Sequence record: DRR723986_3279
Length of the DNA stretch: 39,073 nt
Reading direction: 5' to 3' (one strand)
How positions within the stretch are numbered: the first letter of the stretch is position 1; every line of letters begins with the position of its first letter. Position numbers and translations under genes: made by a program. The notes beneath the pieces were generated by a model. The model made no database searches. It saw only the letters and a program-made list of their open reading frames with translations, and was not told where the DNA came from. This document shows, piece after piece, positions 1-9,080 of the stretch.

Positions 1-814
1 AGCTTTTTTATGTTTCGGTTTGCTTTATGCAGGCTTGTCTGCCTCATCACAGGCACAGGGCATTCGCAAAGATCTGCCCCCCAACTTACGCCCCACGAAC
101 AATGTCACCAGCTTCAACCGCCGCGTGGTTGGCAACCTAGAACACCCATGGCAGGCCATTGGTCGGGTCAATATTGGTGACACAGTGCATTGCAGCGGCA
201 CACTGGTAGCGGCCAACGTGGTGTTAACAGCCGCGCACTGCCTATATTCTCGGCGCATGAAAAAAATGGTGGTACCAACAAGCGTGCATTTTCTTGCCGG
301 CTATTCAAAAGGTGAATTTCGGGGCCACTCCAAGGTAAAGTCGTACAGAATCGGCGAAGGCTTTGACGGTAAAAAATGGAATGACCGGTCTAACGCTATG
401 CATGACTGGGCATTATTGGTCATAAATGATGCCTTGGGCGACGAGCTAGGTTTTTTGTCGTTGCCGCCAGAATGGTTTGAAACCAACTTACGCCTGAACT
501 CTCGGAAACAATCAGCCCCCGGTGTTGCTATTGATGAACTGGTCACCACCGCCGGATACCCACGCGACCGGAAACATATTTTGTCGTTAGAGGAAGACTG
601 TAAAATTGTCACCACAGCCAACAACGGCAGAATTCTATTCACCAATTGTATCGCCATACCCGGCGATTCTGGCGGCCCTATTTTGCGTCAAAAAGACAAT
701 CAATGGGCCATTGTCGGCATTCAAACTGCGGCTATTCGCGTGAACGATCAACTTTCCGGCGTTGGGCTTTCGGCATTGGCATTCCAGCCCTATCTGGAAA
801 TTATGGCCGAGTAA
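1..814 (+). CDS. Trypsin-like (S1) serine protease, secreted; 5' end probably outside window
   Basis: Motifs CSGTLV..VLTAAHC (His), HDWALL (Asp), GDSGGP (Ser). The frame is open back to base 2 (AFLCFGLLYAGLSASSQA), which reads as the tail of a signal peptide. Confidence 0.9.
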   Translation, partial: AFLCFGLLYAGLSASSQAQGIRKDLPPNLRPTNNVTSFNRRVVGNLEHPWQAIGRVNIGDTVHCSGTLVAANVVLTAAHCLYSRRMKKMVVPTSVHFLAGYSKGEFRGHSKVKSYRIGEGFDGKKWNDRSNAMHDWALLVINDALGDELGFLSLPPEWFETNLRLNSRKQSAPGVAIDELVTTAGYPRDRKHILSLEEDCKIVTTANNGRILFTNCIAIPGDSGGPILRQKDNQWAIVGIQTAAIRVNDQLSGVGLSALAFQPYLEIMAE

Positions 815-874
815 CCAGTAAAATTCGATTCGTTGCGAATAATTATAACACCGGCTAACAATATGACTAATAAG

Positions 875-1483
875 CTACCGCTCGGCGCCGGGAGTATATT
901 TCAGAAAAACTTCTTTCGCAGCATCTTCCGAGACCTTATTTTTGGTTGCGACAAACCACAGGTCTCGGTACCTCCTATTTCTCATGCCATGATACTGTCC
1001 AAACTCTGCTTGCTCTAATCGTTTTGCCAACAACTGCAAACTGAACCCAGTTTTGTGAGCCATATAAACTTGGCCCCGCGCTATTGCACTACTGAGCCCA
1101 TACATAATATCTAGTGGAGAAATTGGTCCAGCAGGCGATTGATACAGAGGTTCGTCCAATTTTCCCTCTGCCATATAACGAGCAACTTCCTGAATGTCCG
1201 GACAAGTGATTACACAAAACCCATCGTCTTTCAGAACACGCTTGAACTCTTTCAACAAAATTGGCACCTCATGATAGAAAACATGTTCAATATTGTGTGA
1301 AGAATATAGGGCGTCCATGGAACCATCAGGTACACTGCTCATATCAAGCATGTCACCTATATAGTCAGGTTGACAATCCGGGCTTATGTCATAGCGAATT
1401 TCTTTCCAAGAGCCGTCCTGAAAGCCCTTAGGCATCCGCTCAATTGTGGCGGAACCACACCCGACATGAAGAACTTTTTTCAT
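875..1483 (-). CDS. Class I SAM-dependent methyltransferase
   Basis: N-terminal VLHVGCG SAM motif, YD acidic motif, DALYSSHNIEH and RVLKDDG motifs; AAGG just upstream of the ATG. Confidence 0.85.
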   Translation of the reverse strand: MKKVLHVGCGSATIERMPKGFQDGSWKEIRYDISPDCQPDYIGDMLDMSSVPDGSMDALYSSHNIEHVFYHEVPILLKEFKRVLKDDGFCVITCPDIQEVARYMAEGKLDEPLYQSPAGPISPLDIMYGLSSAIARGQVYMAHKTGFSLQLLAKRLEQAEFGQYHGMRNRRYRDLWFVATKNKVSEDAAKEVFLKYTPGAER

Positions 1484-1683
1484 AAATACCTTACCCTAAT
1501 TAATGCTCGCATAGCTTTAAATATTTGAAATTGCCACAATTGCATAGGTGGTAACTCACCTCAGGGAAATTATCCACCGATTTGCGATACCATATATTAT
1601 TGGGTATTCAGACTCGCCGTACTTTGCTTTGCCCGCTATACTGCCCCTTATGTTGGACCATTGTAGGGTAGATCACCGAGACT

Positions 1684-2460
1684 ATGAGCACAGCAAAAAT
1701 TGAAATCGCGCAAATTCCTGTCTTGCAGGACAATTACCTCTTCCTGGTCCACGAACCTGTCTCGGGGGAAACCGCGATTATTGACCCTGCCCTTGAGGAA
1801 GAAACCGTTGAGGCCCTGAACGCTCGCGGCTGGAAGCCCACTTATATTTTCAACACCCACCATCATTGGGACCATGTGGGCGCAAATTTGGCGCTCAAAG
1901 AACGATTTGATTTAAAAGTTATTGGCCCCGCCGCAGACCGTGACCGTATTCCGGGCATCGACATAGCGGTCGGCGAAGACGATCAGGTGTTCCTCGGAGA
2001 TGCGGCGGCAAATGTTTTGTTCGTGCCGGGTCATACCAGCGGCCATATCGCCTATCACTTTGCGGGCAGTAAAGCCTTACTATGCGGTGACACCCTGTTT
2101 GCCATGGGTTGTGGCCGATTGTTTGAAGGCACGCCGGAAGAAATGTGGACCAGCCTGTCTAAATTGATGCAGCTACCAGACGACACCAACGTATATTGTG
2201 CGCATGAATATACGTTCGCCAACGGCAAGTTTGCTCTATCGGTTGAGCCTGACAACAGCGCGCTAACTGCCCGCATGAAAGAGGTTGAAGAAAAACGCCG
2301 CAACGGCACACCAACCGTGCCAACCACCATTGGCCTTGAGAAGGCCACCAACCCCTTTATGCGCCCGATGAGCGAGAATATTCAGGAAACCATCGACCTG
2401 ATCGGCGCACCGCTACCTGCCGTGTTTGCAGAAGTGCGGAAACGTAAGGATAATTTTTGA
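1684..2460 (+). CDS. gloB: Hydroxyacylglutathione hydrolase (glyoxalase II)
   Basis: THHHWDH metallo-beta-lactamase motif, PGHTSGH, GDTLF..GCGRLFEG, CAHEYT, E.ATNPF, C-terminal RKRKDNF. Confidence 0.96.
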   Translation: MSTAKIEIAQIPVLQDNYLFLVHEPVSGETAIIDPALEEETVEALNARGWKPTYIFNTHHHWDHVGANLALKERFDLKVIGPAADRDRIPGIDIAVGEDDQVFLGDAAANVLFVPGHTSGHIAYHFAGSKALLCGDTLFAMGCGRLFEGTPEEMWTSLSKLMQLPDDTNVYCAHEYTFANGKFALSVEPDNSALTARMKEVEEKRRNGTPTVPTTIGLEKATNPFMRPMSENIQETIDLIGAPLPAVFAEVRKRKDNF

Positions 2461-2498
2461 TAACCGAACGGCTCGGAACAACAACCAAGGACCGACCA

Positions 2499-4589
2499 AT
2501 GAAAGCATTAACAGTAGGATTTGTAATGAGTGCAGCGATAACCGGTGCAACCGTAGCGCAGGATGCAGACCCCTATATCTGGCTTGAAGAAGTTGAGGGC
2601 GAGCAGGCGCTTGAATGGGTGGGCGAACGCAACAAACATTCTATCGGTATTCTAGAAGCTGACGAACGCTTCACTAGTTTGATGCAAGATGCCCTGCGGG
2701 ACTATAACGCCGATGATAAAATCGCATACGGGCGATTGCTGGGTGGCTCGGTTCATAACTTTTGGCAAGACGAGAAAAATGTACGCGGCGTATGGCGGCG
2801 GGCCTCGCTTCGATCCTATAAATCTGGCGAACCGCGCTGGATAAACCTGATGGACCTTGACCAAGTTGCCCATGACGAAGACGAAAACTGGGTGCTTAAA
2901 GGTCGTAAATGTTTGCCGCCAGACTTTGGACGCTGCTTGCTTGAACTATCGCGCGGCGGCGGCGATGCGGTTGTTACACGCGAATATGATGCTTTCATGA
3001 AACGCTTTGCTGGCCAGTTTATCACCGATGAAGCCAAGCAGGAAGTAGAATGGGTTGACCCCGACACTGTGCTTATTGGCACAGACTTCGGCAAGGGCAC
3101 CATGACCGAGTCCGGCTACCCTAATCAGGTACGGGTTTGGAAACGCGGCTTTGACTTGGCCACATCTAAAATTGTTCATGAAGGCGAATTAACCGATGTG
3201 GGCAGCTTTCCTTTTGCCAGCCACCGCGCAGACGGCACCTATGTAGGCATTCGACAAGCGCCAGACTTTTTCACCAACATTCTGCATATTTACGACCCTG
3301 AAAGCCAAGAAACCCGCACTCTTGACCTGCCGCGCGCCATCGATTTTAAGGGCATTTTTGGCCATGATGTTATCATTCAATTGCGCAAAAGCTGGCGCAT
3401 CGCAGGCCGCACCATTCCTGCTGGCGCGTTGGTTTCCGTTAACATCGCAGATGCCGCTGGCGGCACGTCAGGTGCTAACCTGAAAGTTATCTTCACCCCA
3501 GAAGACGGCAGCTCGATCGACGATGTACAAACAGGTAAAGACCGCATGTTCCTGAGCGTACTCGAGAATGTTACTGGCAAACTTTATTCTGCAAAACCAT
3601 CTAATAAAGGCTGGGATGTAAGCGAAATTGCTGTGCCTGAAAATGGTTCGCTAAACATTGTCAGCGCCGATGAATGGTCTGACGCCGCTTTTATAAACTA
3701 TGAAAACTTCTTGCAGCCCGACACGCTCTATACCATTGAGCGCGGCGGTGAGCCCGAAGTGTTGCAATCTCTGCCTGACCGGTTTGAAGCAGACGGATTG
3801 GTAACAGAGCAAAAGTTCGCCACCAGCAGCGATGGAACGCAAATTCCCTATTTTCTTATTCGCAAGGCCGACACCGAGATGAACGGCAGCACACCGACCA
3901 TGCTCTATGGCTACGGGGGTTTTGAAATTTCCCTAACGCCGTCTTATTTAGCTGGGTTTGGCAAGCTTTGGATTGAGAACGGCGGGGCTTATGTAATTGC
4001 AAACATCCGTGGTGGCGGCGAGTTTGGCCCTGCGTGGCACCAAGCCGCACTTAAGGAAAACCGCCAGCTTGCTTTTGATGACTTTATCGCCGTTGCCGAA
4101 AACCTGATTTCAACCGGGCTTACCTCGGCAAAACATTTAGGCATTAGGGGCGGCTCTAACGGGGGCCTACTTGTGGGCGCGGCCTTTACCCAGCGACCGG
4201 ACCTGTTCAACGCAGTTATTTGTGCGGTGCCACTGTTGGATATGATGCGGTATCATACCTTACTGGCGGGCGCTTCTTGGATGGGGGAATACGGCGACCC
4301 AGATGTGCCAGAAGAACGCGCTTATATTCGCGCCTATTCGCCTTACCAAAATGTTGATGCGGACACGCAGTACCCGGAGATGTTCATTTATACATCCACC
4401 AAAGATGACCGGGTGCACCCCGGCCATGGCCGCAAAATGGCCGCCCGGTTGATGGAGTATGATAAACCGGTGCTATATTACGAAAATACCGAAGGGGGCC
4501 ATTCGGCAGCAGCAAACCTGAAACAGCGCGCCTACACTGACGCACTCCAGACGGTTTATGCCCTGAAGAAATTGAGCGACGGCGAATAA
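2499..4589 (+). CDS. Prolyl oligopeptidase family (S9) serine peptidase, exported
   Basis: DPYIWLEE, YGYGGF, ANIRGGGEFG, GGSNGG (Ser), DDRVHP (Asp), EGGH (His). ATG at 2499 follows AAGGA and begins a signal peptide. Confidence 0.95.
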   Translation: MKALTVGFVMSAAITGATVAQDADPYIWLEEVEGEQALEWVGERNKHSIGILEADERFTSLMQDALRDYNADDKIAYGRLLGGSVHNFWQDEKNVRGVWRRASLRSYKSGEPRWINLMDLDQVAHDEDENWVLKGRKCLPPDFGRCLLELSRGGGDAVVTREYDAFMKRFAGQFITDEAKQEVEWVDPDTVLIGTDFGKGTMTESGYPNQVRVWKRGFDLATSKIVHEGELTDVGSFPFASHRADGTYVGIRQAPDFFTNILHIYDPESQETRTLDLPRAIDFKGIFGHDVIIQLRKSWRIAGRTIPAGALVSVNIADAAGGTSGANLKVIFTPEDGSSIDDVQTGKDRMFLSVLENVTGKLYSAKPSNKGWDVSEIAVPENGSLNIVSADEWSDAAFINYENFLQPDTLYTIERGGEPEVLQSLPDRFEADGLVTEQKFATSSDGTQIPYFLIRKADTEMNGSTPTMLYGYGGFEISLTPSYLAGFGKLWIENGGAYVIANIRGGGEFGPAWHQAALKENRQLAFDDFIAVAENLISTGLTSAKHLGIRGGSNGGLLVGAAFTQRPDLFNAVICAVPLLDMMRYHTLLAGASWMGEYGDPDVPEERAYIRAYSPYQNVDADTQYPEMFIYTSTKDDRVHPGHGRKMAARLMEYDKPVLYYENTEGGHSAAANLKQRAYTDALQTVYALKKLSDGE

Positions 4590-4705
4590 AGTAGGGCAAA
4601 CCGGGCCAAGTACTGCATAGTCATTCAGATCAAATTGTCCCTAAAAAGTGCATTTAGCACCTAAAAGTGTATTCTTGCTTCGCATTTGCTCACACCTTTA
4701 CCTAA

Positions 4706-6181
4706 GTGAGCATACTTTGTGAGGGGGAACACAGCATTGCATCGTCAAATAAACAGATACATCATCAATGCTTTGGCTTGAAAAAGCCGCTGTCATTAGT
4801 GGCATTAATGGCATTTGCGTTGGGCGCTGCCAGCCCAGCATGGTCACAAGCAAAACTAAACACCCGAGACATTGACCCGCTACTGCCGTTATGCTCTCCC
4901 GTTACCTTCATTGTCTCGCTAAACGATGATGACGACAATGCAAATGGCAGAAAAGACTTCCGGGAAGCCGCGCTTCTGGCTGCAGAAGATAACCTTCGCG
5001 AAGTCACCTTCAAATTACCCGGTGCCGCCAAAGTATTCATCGGCGAGCCAGTGCTGGTTAAAGGCGGCACAACAGCAGTGGGGCTTGGCAAACGGGTGCG
5101 CGCCTACACCGCGGCAAAGCAACCATTTGTCTTTAACCGGGTGTATAACACCCCCATCACCCTATACTTCGAGGGCGTCAAGCGTAGCAAAAACCGCCTG
5201 GATTTTGGCTTCGAGTACGATTACCGAAACGCGGCGGACAAGCATATTTGTGGCCCCGGCGCGCAAGGCACAGTGGTAAAAGCAGAAGCAACATTCAATG
5301 CAAAGGCAGGGTCTGGAACGCGGTTTAGCGCCAACAACAAAATGCTGATAACCGGCACAGGCAAAGCGAAAAGCAAATGGAAACCTGCAGGTTACACACC
5401 AACCTGGTCCTACGGCGGTACTGCAAATTTGGCGACACCAAACCAACGAAACACAAATTTTACCGCTGGCACGGTTATAACCCCTGCTAACGGCTTGAAC
5501 AGTCAAATTTTAACGGCAACTGTGCAAGAGGCGGGCATGCGCATTGAGGCGCGTGCGCCTGTCAATATTACCGCACCGGTTCACGCTTTAGAATATCGAG
5601 GTTGGACAAATGGCCAGGCTATTTTAAGCCCTAGCACCACCGGTTGGCACAATGCAAACCGTGGCAGATTTTCGCTTTTCAACACACGCATTGATTACCA
5701 ACTGCAGGACCAATTCCGGCAGCGCATTAAAACCAGTGCATGGGCAGGTCGCAACGTTCAGGTGCGAGAAAATATTGGCAATGTAATGGTCAGCCCCATA
5801 CCGACCGTACAAAATTGGATCAATACCACTTTGAGTTGGACCCAAAACTGGAGAACCAAAAGTAACGGCGAAATCAATGATCGCCTTCGAGTTCAACGCG
5901 CACCAAAATCTATCATTGTACAGCGCACTGCAACGGGCGCACGCGAGTTTGTCGCAGGCCTGCGCGCCGTGGGCGGCGTCATGATGAACTTGGGGAACAA
6001 TACGCACCAATGGGAGGCTTCCGTGAACGGGCAATTGCCAACTGTTGTCACCCGAAACAGCTTCACTGTTACTACGGCGGCGACCTGTAATTCTCAGGTA
6101 AATCGATGCGGCGCCAATCAAATCAGGCCTCGCGGCATCATGATCCGGCTTGGTAGCACCTATGTGGTCAACACACCCTAG
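4706..6181 (+). CDS. Hypothetical secreted, basic, beta-rich protein with acidic Ca-binding-like loop; start uncertain
   Basis: 491-codon ORF with signal peptide (KKPLSLVALMAFALGAASPAWSQ) and NDDDDNANG motif; no family recognised with confidence. Confidence 0.75.
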   Translation: MSILCEGEHSIASSNKQIHHQCFGLKKPLSLVALMAFALGAASPAWSQAKLNTRDIDPLLPLCSPVTFIVSLNDDDDNANGRKDFREAALLAAEDNLREVTFKLPGAAKVFIGEPVLVKGGTTAVGLGKRVRAYTAAKQPFVFNRVYNTPITLYFEGVKRSKNRLDFGFEYDYRNAADKHICGPGAQGTVVKAEATFNAKAGSGTRFSANNKMLITGTGKAKSKWKPAGYTPTWSYGGTANLATPNQRNTNFTAGTVITPANGLNSQILTATVQEAGMRIEARAPVNITAPVHALEYRGWTNGQAILSPSTTGWHNANRGRFSLFNTRIDYQLQDQFRQRIKTSAWAGRNVQVRENIGNVMVSPIPTVQNWINTTLSWTQNWRTKSNGEINDRLRVQRAPKSIIVQRTATGAREFVAGLRAVGGVMMNLGNNTHQWEASVNGQLPTVVTRNSFTVTTAATCNSQVNRCGANQIRPRGIMIRLGSTYVVNTP

Positions 6182-6278
6182 CGCCTTCTCAACGGCACCA
6201 CAGATGCTTAATATTTGACGTGCACACCCGCCACTGGCTCGCTATGGTAAGCCAGAAATTTTAAGGGTGGAGTTACGA

Positions 6279-7685
6279 ATGTTCAAAAAACTACTAACCA
6301 GTACCGCATTGGCAGCAATGATGCTTGCCCCGCAAACTACGGCCGAAGATGCACACAAGGATATGCCGTTCGGTGCAAAAGCGTTCGAGATATACAAAAC
6401 TGCCGTAGAGATGAAATCTACTGCCAACCACGGCGAAACGCCTAAGCTGGCCCGCTATCTGGCGGAACAGTTTAAGACAGGCGGGTTCGCCGAAGAAGAC
6501 ATCACTGTTTTTGAACTTGCCGGAACCGCAGGCCTTGTCGTGCGCTACCGCGGCGATGGGTCATCGGGCAAAAAACCTATCAGCATTTCCGCCCACATGG
6601 ATGTGGTAGAGGCCGACCCCAAAGACTGGGTGCGCGACCCTTTTACCCTGATTGAAGAAGACGGCTATTTCTTTGGCCGCGGCACCGCCGATGACAAACT
6701 GGGCATGACAGCAGTCACCGCTAACTTTCTGCGCCTGAAAGCCGAAGGCTGGGTACCGAACCGTGACCTCATCATCGCCTTCTCCGGCGACGAGGAAACC
6801 GGCATGCTCACCACCCGCGCGTTGGTAAAAGAATATCGCCGCTTGACCGATAGTGAATTTGTCCTCAACGCCGACGCTGGCGGTGCCACCCTGCCCGCTG
6901 ACGGAAGCACGCCTGCCAGCTTCAGCATGCAAGCGGCAGAAAAAACTTACGCCACATGGGAACTAACAGTCACCAACCCCGGCGGTCATTCAAGCAGGCC
7001 TCGCGATGACAACGCCATTTATGACCTTGCTGCTGCGCTGGTGAAAATTCAGGAACACAAGTTCCCGGTGCGCTATAACGAGCTCACCCGCACCTACTTC
7101 CGCGGTACAGGCGCGAAAACACCCGGTGACATGGGCAAAGCCATGGTGCGCTTTGCTGATGACCCAACCGACGAATGGGCGATCAAAAAACTCCGCTCAA
7201 ACAGTTCCTATGTTGGCACAACCGGCACAACCTGCGTGGCCACCATGCTGCGCGGCGGACACGCGGAAAACGCCTTGCCGCAATCTGCCACCGCGACGGT
7301 GAATTGCCGCATATTCCCCGGCGAAGGTGTGGATGCTACGGAAGCCACACTTAAGCAGGTGGTGGGCAATAAGGACATTGCTTTCAATATGATTTCCGAC
7401 CCGACAGAGACAGACCCGTCACCCTTGCGCGAGGATGTGCTTGCAGCTTTGCAGGCGGCTGTAGACAACAAGTTTCCGGGTCTTGAAATTATACCGTCCA
7501 TGTCTTCTGGCGGAACAGACGGCATGCATTTCCGCGCGGCGGGCATCCCGAGCTACGGCGTGAACGGTGGCTATTCCAAGCCCAATGATACCTTCGCCCA
7601 CGGCTTGAATGAACGGATTTTGGTGCAAACCTTTTACGATAATTTAGCGCACTGGTATGTGCTGTTGAAGGCTATTGCCGGATAG
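6279..7685 (+). CDS. M20/M25/M40 family metallopeptidase/amidohydrolase, exported
   Basis: AHMDVV, GRGTADDK, GDEET, GGHSS, GGTDG and AHGLNE motifs; GGAG before ATG 6279; signal peptide. Confidence 0.93.
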   Translation: MFKKLLTSTALAAMMLAPQTTAEDAHKDMPFGAKAFEIYKTAVEMKSTANHGETPKLARYLAEQFKTGGFAEEDITVFELAGTAGLVVRYRGDGSSGKKPISISAHMDVVEADPKDWVRDPFTLIEEDGYFFGRGTADDKLGMTAVTANFLRLKAEGWVPNRDLIIAFSGDEETGMLTTRALVKEYRRLTDSEFVLNADAGGATLPADGSTPASFSMQAAEKTYATWELTVTNPGGHSSRPRDDNAIYDLAAALVKIQEHKFPVRYNELTRTYFRGTGAKTPGDMGKAMVRFADDPTDEWAIKKLRSNSSYVGTTGTTCVATMLRGGHAENALPQSATATVNCRIFPGEGVDATEATLKQVVGNKDIAFNMISDPTETDPSPLREDVLAALQAAVDNKFPGLEIIPSMSSGGTDGMHFRAAGIPSYGVNGGYSKPNDTFAHGLNERILVQTFYDNLAHWYVLLKAIAG

Positions 7686-7713
7686 GCACTAAGCTTCACC
7701 AAAAATACTTTCG

Positions 7714-7746
7714 AAAGGGGTGGCTGAGGCCGCCCCTTTTTTTTTT
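7714..7746 (+). terminator. Rho-independent terminator between convergent genes
   Basis: AAAGGGGTGGC-TGAG-GCCGCCCC followed by a long T run. Confidence 0.9.
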
Positions 7747-7753
7747 CGTTTGT

Positions 7754-7981
7754 TTACTTTGTGGGTCGCTGGAAAAAACCTTTAATTGCTGCACATTCCG
7801 CGCGCGCACTTTGGGCCATTCCACCAAACAGGCTTCTGCTGGCAAACCAGCCAGCGATGAGTAAAAACATCATTGTTGAAGATGCTTTACTGTCTTCAAG
7901 TACCAATGATGATGCCAGTATCATTGATGCCCAAATAAGCGCGTTACCGATTGTTTGTTTTGCTGTTGAGGTATTTTTCAT
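7754..7981 (-). CDS. Small two-TM hypothetical membrane protein
   Basis: GGAG ahead of ATG 7981; 75 aa (MKNTSTAKQTIGNALIWASMILASSLVL...) with two hydrophobic segments. Confidence 0.7.
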   Translation of the reverse strand: MKNTSTAKQTIGNALIWASMILASSLVLEDSKASSTMMFLLIAGWFASRSLFGGMAQSARAECAAIKGFFQRPTK

Positions 7982-8039
7982 GTCAAATCTCCGTATTTTT
8001 CTGTCATGGCTCGGGTTAATTGAGGCATTTCGCCTGTGT

Positions 8040-8249
8040 TTATTTCTCGCGTAACGAGAAAATTTCTTCCACCGGCACACTAAAATACCGCGCCAGCTTT
8101 AATGCGATAACCGTAGACGGTGTGAACCGCCCCACTTCAATGGTGCTAATGGTTTTGCGGGATACGCCGATGGCATCTGCCAATTCGCCCTGGCTCATGC
8201 GGTGTTCGGCACGCAATACGTGAATGCGATTGCTTAACTCACTGCTCAT
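8040..8249 (-). CDS. XRE-family HTH transcriptional regulator
   Basis: NRIHVLRAEHRMSQGELADAIGVSRKTISTIEVGRFTPS...VEEIF; ATGA overlap with the upstream gene. Confidence 0.95.
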   Translation of the reverse strand: MSSELSNRIHVLRAEHRMSQGELADAIGVSRKTISTIEVGRFTPSTVIALKLARYFSVPVEEIFSLREK

Positions 8250-8743
8250 TTTTCTGGTCTCGGCTTAGCATCATCAGGGTCAAAGTCTTCAAGCTCTTCA
8301 TCATCTCTAGATGCATAAAGAAACCACCCGCTGCATATGGCCAAAGACACCGCAAGCGCCGTATTGATGAAAAAATCCGGCGGCATATCGTTAAGTCTGC
8401 CTTCAGACAGCACAAGCAAAACAACTAATGTCAAAAAGGTAACGGTAAATGAACGACTCGCTGCGTCTTTGAAAACAGAACGCACAAAGCTGTCCCCTTC
8501 ACGGCATTTGTTTTTCTGCTTCATCCGCAACCAGACCATTTTCAAAAAGACCGGCACTAGAATAACCATAATCACAATCGAAAGCGGGCGATTTACAAAC
8601 TCAACAAAACCAACGAAATCAGCGCTGCCAACCACCGCCGCGGCAGACAAACCGTACAAACCCGCGGTCAGCAACATGGCAATTGCTGTGCGTTTAATGA
8701 AGCGCTCGTAAAACTGAATTACTGTTTCTTGTTCCTTAGCCAT
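8246..8743 (-). CDS. Four-TM hypothetical membrane protein coupled to the XRE regulator (DUF2178-like)
   Basis: Four hydrophobic segments, acidic C-terminus, AGGA RBS, translational coupling to the HTH gene. Confidence 0.75.
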   Translation of the reverse strand: MAKEQETVIQFYERFIKRTAIAMLLTAGLYGLSAAAVVGSADFVGFVEFVNRPLSIVIMVILVPVFLKMVWLRMKQKNKCREGDSFVRSVFKDAASRSFTVTFLTLVVLLVLSEGRLNDMPPDFFINTALAVSLAICSGWFLYASRDDEELEDFDPDDAKPRPEK

Positions 8744-8781
8744 TTAAAATCCTATTTTCTTTGCACCCTAAGCACTCAATT

Positions 8782-8827
8782 TGATACCTTAAGGTTACAT
8801 ATAGACACCTAAAGCTCTCTAGTCAAG
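8782..8827 (-). promoter_or_regulatory. Sigma70 promoter plus palindromic operator for the XRE module
   Basis: Minus strand CTTGAC(8827-8822)-N17-CTATAT(8804-8799), the alphaproteobacterial consensus. Palindrome TGATACCTTAAGGTTACA (8782-8799) covers the expected TSS. Confidence 0.75.
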
Positions 8828-8858
8828 AGGTGATCTTCCATTAAACATGGACGTTATA

Positions 8859-8876
8859 CAGATTAGAAAAGCTAAC
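8859..8876. promoter_or_regulatory. LysR (GcvA-type) binding box, distal
   Basis: CAGATTAGAAAAGCTAAC contains TTAG-N5-CTAA (T-N11-A); 15/18 match to the reverse complement of 9081-9098. Confidence 0.55.
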
Positions 8877-8940
8877 AAACCATCAAAGATGCCAATGCTG
8901 AGGTCCAAATTTCACACATTGTCAATAAATTGCTAAAACA

Positions 8941-9057
8941 GACCAATAATTCTCATAAATAGAAAAATTATTCCCAATTCACGGATATGTGTGCCAATTT
9001 GAGGAAAATTTTTCTACTCTATGAAGTAACTTCTTCTCGTTTGTAGAACTATTTTCC
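8941..9057. promoter_or_regulatory. Phased array of six 13-bp Lrp/AsnC-like boxes
   Basis: Boxes start at 8941, 8962, 8983, 9003, 9025 and 9045; approximate consensus RGAA-N5-TTCY. Confidence 0.55.
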
Positions 9058-9069
9058 AGCCCCTATCTG
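9041..9069 (+). promoter_or_regulatory. Putative sigma70 promoter of the cys operon
   Basis: TTGTAG-N17-TATCTG about 70 nt upstream of the cysG ATG. Confidence 0.45.
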
Positions 9070-9080
9070 TAACAGCATTG

